Shown here in pieces: positions 34,029 through 42,433 of a DNA stretch of 64,000 nt (its first letter is position 1; every line of letters begins with the position of its first letter). The translations under genes were made by a program, and so were the position numbers. Source of the DNA: Paramoeba atlantica (taxonomy: Eukaryota > Protista > Discosea); assembly GCA_977017575.1 (NCBI GenBank), contig CDRNVI010000035.1:1-64000 (forward strand). The letters run 5' to 3'. The notes under the pieces are model-generated. The model ran no database searches, was not told the origin of the DNA, and saw only the letters and a program-made list of their open reading frames with translations.

Positions 34029-37000
34029 CTACTCTTCCTTCCCGTACCCCAGGAGAGCCAGGTCGGGGCCCGTTGCGGGTAATCGCAAGACTAGCATTCG
34101 GGCCTGCGACCTCATCAGTGTTACATTCAGAGCTGTGAGAATCTGATGTAAGGCCGCCCCCTTCGATATGTCACTGCCCGATTTAGCCGCCCTAGCTACT
34201 GCGACCTCTCGGAGAACAGACATTGCGCTGGGACACCACGAGCCGTAGGATTCTACGACCATGGCTCCGAACTTAAAGTGTGCTGCAGTCGCCTCTGCGC
34301 GTTGCATGCTCTTGTTCACGGTGGCATATTGTTCCGCGAACGACCCCGCCGTCACCCAGTTAGCGTCACGGACTGTGTCCGTATACTTTTGTTGCTGGAC
34401 ATGGGTGACAGCGAAGTCGAGTACAAGGGACCGACCGAGGTGGCTGTCTATAAAGACATCTGCAGGCCTAGTGAGGGTGCCCCCCGGACCCTTGTTTCCC
34501 AGGCTGACCTCTCGTTTGGGGGCGAGCCCGGCCTTGGAACACTCCGCCGCAAACTGTGTTGCCAGAGCATTGTGTCGGGAAATGATACCATGCCCGCTTT
34601 TGCACGACATCGCGTGATCCCCCTCTGGACCAAGCGGCTGCGTGCATTTGTCCATGGGGCAAGGTCGGGTGCCGGGGTATATGTTCTCCCCAAGCCACCA
34701 GCGTACCAGCATCCGGAACTCTGTCGGGGTATATGCGTGACCGTTCTTCTTGGAAGGCAAAACAAATGCCCACTCCGACGCTCCTTCCCCCGTTTCAGAG
34801 ATCCATCGGGCCCTCGTCCGCGGGTCAGCGGTATTAAGCGCGTTGTTGTATTCCTGGGAAGAGATCGAGTGACTGAGATCCCGTTGTCTGGGAACTACCG
34901 CTTCATTTCTAGATTCGCTCGCTTCGATAGTACTAAAGAGGGAACGATCTGACACAACCATGCTCTTGGGTATTGTGCCATTTTCGCCGTCTACCAGATT
35001 TAGTCCAGCGCGATTGTTGACATCGCTCACTGCTTCTTCGAAACCTTTTGCTTCGGTGGGGGCCCAGCCATCCTTCCTTGATGCGAATGCCACGGAGGCC
35101 ACGTAAGCAGAAGAGGAATGTTCTTCTGCTGAACGGAGCCCTAGCCCTCCGAAGCGCTTGTCTCGTTGTGTCTGTCGCCGGGCGTCATCGCCAAGTGGGT
35201 GGAAAAAGTTTTCGACAGTGGACTGAACAGTGTCGTCCAGGCGTCGACAAATATCTTGCAGTGCAGATGTCGGGGTGGTACGGAGAGAGTAGACCATCTT
35301 GCAGAAGCCTGTACAATGCCGGATGAGGGAGAGAGCGATCTGGGGATCCTCGAGCAAAGTTATAGCGGTTAGGGAATCTTGGGCCAGTTCGAAGGCATTG
35401 TCCAAATGGAATTTATGACAGTATTCAGTGGATCCGACTGGGCTACCTAAAATGTTAAAATTACCCTCTAAATTTTTATTCGGGCCAGGGATGTCAGGGA
35501 AAACGGAGGCGCGAGGGGATGATGAGGGGTGTAAGGCGAGTTCACATTTAGCGGCGTTGATATGGAGTCCCCGTTGTGGTCCTTTGATTTCCAGCACGTC
35601 GAATGCGTGCCGCACATCAGCAGATGATCCAGCCAGCACCCCGTCGTCCAGATACCACAGATTCAAATCGAGCATTGGGGCTACCGCGTGAATTTCCGCC
35701 GCTACTTCTCTCAGGACCAGGGAAAAAAGGAGAGGACCTAAGGGGTCGCCTTGTTGCACTCCTTCAGAAGACGGAATGGTGCGTGTTCCGAAAGTAAGTA
35801 GGCTGTCCGAAGAGTAACACCAATCTACGTAGTGACTGAGAGCGGGAAAGTGTTCGCGAGTAAGGGCAATGATCCAGTCCCGTGAGACATGGTTAAATGC
35901 GTTTTCCAGGTCAATTTTGCATAGAATGAAGTCATTGTCGTCAACGTGAGAATCGAATGTCTGTCTGCATCGATGGATGACGCGCTCAGACCCTGCTGGA
36001 GTGGCCACACTGTATTGGTGTCCTTTGAAGAGCTTACGAGCTGTTGTTTTGGCGGAGAGACAGGCGACTTTGCTCACCAGGCGACGGAGCGTCTCTCCGG
36101 CCGCTATTGGCCGCACGTCGCGCTCCCCTTTCTTTAAAGCGCATAAGCGGCCTCCAGCGAAATAGCACTGAACTTCGAGCGGCACTTGCCCCGCGAGCAT
36201 GTGGTTCGTAAAGTCGGTCAGTGTACCCAATGGATCCGTACGGCCGTCATGGTGGTACTCTAGTGCCACTTGTACGTGTTCAGGGCGTAGCCCAAAAGCG
36301 CCACCCGATGACCCCCGGTGAAAAGTTGCAAGAGCCTGCGTTACGTCTTCCTCTGTGGCTCGAAGTGGTTTTGGTCCCATTTCCGTCGATGAACTGAGGG
36401 GTTTCACCGACGTAGCGAGTCGGGATGGATGCTTAGCTTGGAGTTTAGTGTAAGTATCATCGTCATCCGGGGCTACTGGTTCAGAGGTTAGGGCAGCCAT
36501 GGCTCGAGATAGTTCCGAGTCGCGAACGAGTCTTTCAGCTCGCATAGCAGATTTGGTTATCTCGTCCTCCGGACTCTGTGCTTGTGCGACGCGTTTTTTG
36601 TGTTGTAGGCTCGCAATTGTTTCGTTCCAAAGGGGGAGAAATTCTTTCCGTGACCACCGGGCGAGACACTTCCGAACGTGCGAGGCGTACGATAGTTTTG
36701 CCCTGCTCCCCCCACGATGAGGTGCCGGTAGTACGCATTTCGGTAGCATGGCGAGAAAAGTCCAGGCCTCAACTGTATTGTCTCGTACAGCGGAAGAGAG
36801 ACACTCACAGAAGACTTTCGCCCACCCCTGGCGACAGCTGTTGGGAATGTCTTTGCATGTGTTGAGAGGTGTCGAACAGATTGACGCCAGGGAGGGAAGG
36901 GGTTCGGCGACGGCTTGTGCGGCAAAAAATGCAGGGTTGTCCCTCGGGTCGCCCCCTGTCTGTGTAGGTTCGGAGATAGGTGGGGGAGAAGAGCAGCGGA

Positions 37001-38018
37001 AAGCGCAGTTTTCGGCATGGGTGACCTGTTTGCTTAGGTTGTAGTGCCTGTTGCAATCCCTGCATCGGAAACGTCCCTCCTCGTTCCACCAGGTATCAGG
37101 CACCTCGTCCCCGTGTCTGTGGGATACATGGTTATAAAAGGATTGCCATTGGCCCCCGTGAGGCACAGTTTGCCATGCACATCCCTGAGAAGGACATTTC
37201 CGCGTGTTTCCATTGACTGTAGGTGGCTTTTCTGGAGTGGTATTGGGGGGTTGATTGAGCCTTTCGGTATCTGAGGAATCGCGTGGCCCTGATTTCGACA
37301 CCTGCACGTGACGTTTACGCTTACCCGTGGGGGTGTTAGTGTTCTGTTCCTTTTGGGACAATTTGATAGACGGGCTGTCCATGACTCCGGTGGCATGAGT
37401 GCGTGGCCCGGGTGAATTCGCGCTGGACTCTATATTGTCGCGTTCCTCGCTGTCGGCCCCGGACACTGCACCCAGCTGAGAAAGATTGATGCCCTTCGGG
37501 CGTTTCTTCTTTTTACGGCCTTTACTGCTACCCTTTACTGAGAAGCGAAGATCAGGAGGCGTGAGATCGGGAAAAACTAGCCTGTTATCAGCATAGTCAT
37601 ATTCGGCACAGCCTTCCCTGCGGTTATGGCGCTCGTACTTCTCCTTCACAGCCTTGCTAGAGGACTTTAATTGGCTGAGTGAAGAGGAATTGGCTCCTTC
37701 GAATTGGAACTCGAGGCTTTCCGTCGGGCGGACACTGGAGAACAGTTCTTCTTCGGTGGTAGCATTCTGGTGTCCTGTGTCTGGCGTTTCGCCTTCTGTG
37801 GAGTTCTTAATGTCGCAGGCAATCTTGTCAGCGCGCTCCAATAATTCAGATGAGGGATCAGGTGGAAGTGGCGTGGTATAAAGACTCTCCTCGAATGTAC
37901 TCACCCCTTCGACTAGATCTTTATTGGCTTCAAATTGATCCCAAGAGCCAAGCTTGTGCGCGCTAGCTTCGTGCTGGAAGTCGGTACCCTGCTTAGCTTT
38001 GGACCGGGTTGTCACCAT
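34029..38018 (-). CDS. Intact family C RT-REL polyprotein with LsmAD-like N-terminus and Zn fingers
   Basis: Single ORF starting MVTTRSKAK; CPSQGC..H..H and CRDC..H..C fingers, IDLENAFN, QGDPLGP, YLDD, RHN, RPADV..LDFAVT; SL at 38052-38081, A-rich tail at 33620-33790. Confidence 0.93.
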   Translation of the reverse strand: MVTTRSKAKQGTDFQHEASAHKLGSWDQFEANKDLVEGVSTFEESLYTTPLPPDPSSELLERADKIACDIKNSTEGETPDTGHQNATTEEELFSSVRPTESLEFQFEGANSSSLSQLKSSSKAVKEKYERHNRREGCAEYDYADNRLVFPDLTPPDLRFSVKGSSKGRKKKKRPKGINLSQLGAVSGADSEERDNIESSANSPGPRTHATGVMDSPSIKLSQKEQNTNTPTGKRKRHVQVSKSGPRDSSDTERLNQPPNTTPEKPPTVNGNTRKCPSQGCAWQTVPHGGQWQSFYNHVSHRHGDEVPDTWWNEEGRFRCRDCNRHYNLSKQVTHAENCAFRCSSPPPISEPTQTGGDPRDNPAFFAAQAVAEPLPSLASICSTPLNTCKDIPNSCRQGWAKVFCECLSSAVRDNTVEAWTFLAMLPKCVLPAPHRGGSRAKLSYASHVRKCLARWSRKEFLPLWNETIASLQHKKRVAQAQSPEDEITKSAMRAERLVRDSELSRAMAALTSEPVAPDDDDTYTKLQAKHPSRLATSVKPLSSSTEMGPKPLRATEEDVTQALATFHRGSSGGAFGLRPEHVQVALEYHHDGRTDPLGTLTDFTNHMLAGQVPLEVQCYFAGGRLCALKKGERDVRPIAAGETLRRLVSKVACLSAKTTARKLFKGHQYSVATPAGSERVIHRCRQTFDSHVDDNDFILCKIDLENAFNHVSRDWIIALTREHFPALSHYVDWCYSSDSLLTFGTRTIPSSEGVQQGDPLGPLLFSLVLREVAAEIHAVAPMLDLNLWYLDDGVLAGSSADVRHAFDVLEIKGPQRGLHINAAKCELALHPSSSPRASVFPDIPGPNKNLEGNFNILGSPVGSTEYCHKFHLDNAFELAQDSLTAITLLEDPQIALSLIRHCTGFCKMVYSLRTTPTSALQDICRRLDDTVQSTVENFFHPLGDDARRQTQRDKRFGGLGLRSAEEHSSSAYVASVAFASRKDGWAPTEAKGFEEAVSDVNNRAGLNLVDGENGTIPKSMVVSDRSLFSTIEASESRNEAVVPRQRDLSHSISSQEYNNALNTADPRTRARWISETGEGASEWAFVLPSKKNGHAYTPTEFRMLVRWWLGENIYPGTRPCPMDKCTQPLGPEGDHAMSCKSGHGIISRHNALATQFAAECSKAGLAPKREVSLGNKGPGGTLTRPADVFIDSHLGRSLVLDFAVTHVQQQKYTDTVRDANWVTAGSFAEQYATVNKSMQRAEATAAHFKFGAMVVESYGSWCPSAMSVLREVAVARAAKSGSDISKGAALHQILTALNVTLMRSQARMLVLRLPATGPDLALLGYGKEE

Positions 38019-38081
38019 AGGGCGTAAGGATGATATAAAGGGAAAAGAAATCAACAAGGTACAGAAACTGTATCTTTATCG

Positions 38082-38828
38082 TTTTTTTTGTTTTTTTTTT
38101 AGTCTAATGTTTTTATGTACGTTTCGAACTTTCCACCACTTAAAACCCTTCACCCTACTTCCTTCCTTCCCCTACTTCCTTCCTTCCTTCCCCTACTTCC
38201 TTCCCCTCACCACACTCACTTCCCTTCCCCCACTTACTCCCTTCCGACTGACGCGTCCCTACTGACGGACTCGTCCGCACATGTGGCCCATGTGGTCCAG
38301 GACCTCCGCTCCCACCCCGTTAGCAGTATAAGATACTTTGTGTTGCTGTACGAGGGTGGGAGACGTGGAGGTGACCTCTGCTCCCACCCCGTTAGCAGTA
38401 TAAGATACTTTGAGTTGCTGTACGAGGGTGGGAGACTTGGAGGAGACGAAACGCATAGCCGCCGTCACGCCGAGGGCAAAAAGCGGGAAGAGGGACATGG
38501 CGGGACAGACGCGGGGACAAGGAGAAACGACGCCCGAGCCCATCGGTCTGGACCTCTGCCCCCACCCCGTGAGCAAGTATACAATACTTTGGGCTGCTGG
38601 CACGGGGGTGGGGGACGCAAGAGAGGAAAACAACAGAACGACAAGCGCGCTGACACGGAAGGTCGAGGTGGGGGGATACGGCGCAGAGGGATGATGGGAC
38701 GAGAGAAGGAGGGGGGATGCCGACAAGAAAGTGTGTATTTGAGGGGGGTGCCCTCCCATGGTCTGGAAGATGGTGTAGGGAAGAAAAAGGAAATAAATCA
38801 ACAAGGTACAGAAACTGTATCTTTATCG
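38082..38828 (-). ncRNA. Retrocopy of an SL-capped, A-tailed RNA with three repeated hairpins; no recognisable protein
   Basis: SL at 38799-38828, A-rich tail at 38082-38100, repeats at 38309, 38381 and 38559. Confidence 0.55.
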
Positions 38829-39214
38829 TTTTTTTTTAGTAAATATATGCTTTCCCATCTTACCCACTTCTCCTTACCAATCTTTCCAACTTTCCAGGGA
38901 GGGTAAGGTCTCCCTCTGCTAGGGGGGGCTTTCCCCTAACCATTCGCGCGTTCCGGACCGGGTCTTTCGACCTCTCCCAGCTTGCCTTGTGAACCCTTCT
39001 CTTGTTGTACGAGAGGGCGCAAGCAATGGGTCTGTGCCGACAGCGACACGGTCGCGAAACAGGATGCTGGCCGACGGGGAGGAGATTCACTACCCGTGTA
39101 CTACCTCACTTGGGGTACCTAGCCCTCGCGGGCTAGGCGTGAGTATAGACTCTGTCGACGCGACCAGCACCCTCAGCCTTCGAACATGCCGGGATCCGCG
39201 AGCCTTGGTTTAGG

Positions 39215-39730
39215 CTACTGCAAAACAAGTGCCGGTTGTGGATCTTCAGCCGGCATGCGTGAGACAATCATTCTCGATTGAGAACGCATCAGGGTGAGGT
39301 TAAGCTCTTGAAGCAGCTGACGGGTAGCTGCTTCTTGAGATAGAGTCCCCTGGGAACATGAGGCGCGATGCTTCCCAACCCATCTAAGGATTGATAGGGC
39401 ACTTGCACTCCAAGCACCATATGATTCTACCACCATGGCAACAAACACATGTTTTGCTTGTTCCGCCTCCTCTCTCTCTTTCACCTTGTGAGAAGCGGCG
39501 TAGTGCTCCGCAAATGATCCTGCCGCCACCCCGTTAGCGTTGCGGACTAAGTCCGTGTATTTAGGTTGCTGAACGTGGGTGACAGCAAAATCAAGCACCA
39601 GACCTTGAGCTTTCTCATAGCCCGGAATAAAGACATCGCCCGGCCTCGTGGGACAGCCGCCAGGCCCTAGGTTCCCCAGGCTTACCTCACGTGAAGGTGA
39701 TAAATTCGCCTTGGATGGTGATGAATTCGC
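39215..39730 (-). pseudogene. 5-prime-truncated REL domain of a B/C/D-type element, with its 3-prime UTR at 38830-39214
   Basis: REVSLGNLGPGGCPTRPGDVFI..LDFAVTHVQ..MVVESYGAW. Confidence 0.88.
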
Positions 39731-40409
39731 CTTGAATCGCGGCATTGCCTCTATATTTTGACCCATTAGACGAACCAAGTAGGTCCATTGGGGGGGGTAT
39801 ATGATTTTAAAACAAGCAATCAAATTAGCAATTTCATATTTTGGAGCCCAAAACTAGCAATTCGATCTCCCGTAAGTATAAGAACAATAAAAACAATAAC
39901 AATAAAAACAAGCAATCTATGCCCAATCCATTCGCGCGTTCCGGACCGGGTCTTTCGACCTTTTTTTTTTTTTGAGTTCTAACTTTCTATGAATGTACGG
40001 TATCACTTTCTTACTTACTTTCCTACTTACTTTACTTCGCCCTTATCAACTTCGCCCGCTTCTCTCCCTTATCTCCACCCCCCAAAGAAACCATCCGCGA
40101 CTTCCCGACTTCACCCGCTTCTTTCCCTCACTTCCCCCCCCCCCCCGAGCATCCATCCGCGCCTTTTTTTTTTGCAAATAATTGGGGGGAATAGTATTGA
40201 GTCTAACTTTTTATGTATGGAGTCCAACTTTTCCACAATTTCCACACTTACTATAAGTATACGTTTAGAAATTTAGGATGATTGATATAATGGCCCTTCG
40301 GGGCACATAATATTTATATTATGAGATATGATTTGTTTGTTTTGTTTAGAGATTTCATTTATTTAGTTTGGTATAGTGACACTCCTTCTCTAACCTTTTT
40401 ATAACTGCA

Positions 40410-40641
40410 CAAAGATGACGAAACGAAGGACGCGTACTCCAAGGAAGTTGCAGAAGAAAAGCTACGGAACATGACGGTATCTAAACAATCGACGAATCGC
40501 CCGGCCTTTCTCTGCTACCGCTGCCACAAACCAGGTCATTTCCGAGCGAACTGCCCGTTAAATCAATCGTCTACTCGCTTGACCCCGGGTTTTCGCGGAG
40601 GGGTGACGAGCGGCACTTCGAGTGCAAAGAGGAGTCACTAG
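40410..40641 (+). CDS. YR retrotransposon Y1 gag C-terminus with CCHC zinc knuckle (5-prime truncated; not in ORF track)
   Basis: Translates to ...AFLCYRCHKPGHFRANCPL...GFRGG...SH-stop. Confidence 0.8.
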
Positions 40642-40644
40642 GTA

Positions 40645-41793
40645 GTGCTCCCCACCCCTTACATCGCTCGTGCCTGTCCGCTGAAAAAGCGGCGGGTGAT
40701 TTGTCCAGGTCTATCATTCAGCTCATATTTGCACTCTGCAGGGAAGGTGCATGCCTTTGTGGCATGTCACGGAACGGGACTGCAGAAGCCACAGCATCGG
40801 GTGGCGGAAGTAAGGACGTACTCAAGGGCGGGTCAGGCCAAACGATCTCTAGCAGTATATCCCGCCGGAAACAAAATCAGGAAACTGGACGTGCAGTCTG
40901 CCCAGGACAAGCTAACATGCACAATTTTGAATCTACCAAGTACGAGCCCGCTAGCACACCAAATGAGAACCGCGATAAATCCCATGTGGACGAATGCTAC
41001 TTGGCTCTCAAGGGCACGACTGTGGGGAAGGCTCGAACTTTTTTGTCGGGAAAGAGGGGTACCACCAGATCCAATACACGCCTTTTTGTTCCTTCAGCAA
41101 AAGGATCTGGCACCCGCGACACTGTTGAGCTACACTCGCAATCTTCAAACCGTATTTCAGCTGAGTCAAACCGATCCTACCCCTCTCAAAATGTTTGCAA
41201 AAGCTCTACAGGCAAGAGGCGCTCTCGAACCAACGCGTCAGATGGAGCCAATCACTCCGTGGCAACTACGCCGGCTAAGGACAAAATTATCGTTAAGCGA
41301 AGGGATCGCCGCGTTGATCTGTTGGAAGGCCGCAGCCAGATGGACAGAAGTCGCAGAACTAACCCTCGAAAGATTCGTGCGAAATCAACCGAACGAAGTC
41401 ATAGTCTATTGGGGACGGAACGCCAAATCGACTCGTCTCAACCCGTACCGCTTATCGATGTGCACAGCCATACAAGGGGAAGGAACTCTAGAGATTGCGG
41501 AATACGTCCGGTTTATGAGGAAGGGTCAGCAGGTGACAAGCACAACGGTTCGGGAAATGGACGTGAAAATGAAGAAAATTCTGGGCCCCGGCTACGGGAC
41601 ACACTCCCTGAAGCGGGGCGCGATAACGTATCTCTTCAACGAGGTGGCGCTCGGACGCGTCGCTCTCTCAGACGTGCAAAACATAGCCAAACATCAATGC
41701 ATCAACTCCCTATTACGATACAACGGGAACCTGATAACAACGGCAAAGGCGCTCGGTACGCAGCGAGCTTCGGTTCTCCTACCAACCCTATAA
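40645..41793 (+). CDS. Y1 tyrosine recombinase (TATE/VIPER-like)
   Basis: WKAAARWTE (R), KSTR (K), THSLKRG, AKH, LLRY catalytic set; collinear with 48725-49909. Confidence 0.88.
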   Translation: MLPTPYIARACPLKKRRVICPGLSFSSYLHSAGKVHAFVACHGTGLQKPQHRVAEVRTYSRAGQAKRSLAVYPAGNKIRKLDVQSAQDKLTCTILNLPSTSPLAHQMRTAINPMWTNATWLSRARLWGRLELFCRERGVPPDPIHAFLFLQQKDLAPATLLSYTRNLQTVFQLSQTDPTPLKMFAKALQARGALEPTRQMEPITPWQLRRLRTKLSLSEGIAALICWKAAARWTEVAELTLERFVRNQPNEVIVYWGRNAKSTRLNPYRLSMCTAIQGEGTLEIAEYVRFMRKGQQVTSTTVREMDVKMKKILGPGYGTHSLKRGAITYLFNEVALGRVALSDVQNIAKHQCINSLLRYNGNLITTAKALGTQRASVLLPTL

Positions 41794-42432
41794 CTCAAGA
41801 GGATGTCAACCTTTGTTTCGATCAAATACCGCACGTTAGGCGATACAGTGTTATTTGCGCGCGGCGCACTTCCCGTCTTGCACGTCCCGAAGACATGAAC
41901 CTCCCCCTACACGTTAAGGCTGGAATACCCGTAATGGACGTGCAGAAAGTGAAGACTTGGATGTCCCCTGGTGCGCTTCACCGCCTGGAAACCGTGATGA
42001 GACACTTATTTGACACGCGACTTGCAGCGCAGACCGAACCAGCAATCAAAGGTAATCTTTCGGAAGCTGATGTCGTTGGTTTGCTTGACGCTGGAGTGAT
42101 TGAAACAGTCGAACAGAAAGAACTCCATCAGCATCCGACTTTACAATACGTTATTCCTTTTACCGTAGTTGAATCCGATGAGGAGGGGAACGCCCGGCGC
42201 CGATTCATATCCTGGACCAAGGACGACAATATCAGATTAAAGGACTATAAGCCCGACGTTCCTTTATTGCACCCTTCTTGGTATCTGCATAAGGCTGAGG
42301 AAGAAGCAGGCGTTAAGCGCGACTTACGTTGCGGGTTCTACCAAATCGGAGTTCCGCGCGCGGGCACGTGCCAAATTTCGTTTTCGTGACCAAGATGGAG
42401 TCTTGCACCAGATGAAAGTTATGCCCATGGGG
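40701..42432 (+). CDS. Y1 reverse transcriptase with a long N-terminal extension overlapping YR; truncated at the PMG motif
   Basis: LPLHVK, FTVVE..RRRFISW, KRDLRCGFYQ, then after a frameshift FRFRD..KVMPMGH. Confidence 0.85.
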
Positions 42433-42433
42433 C

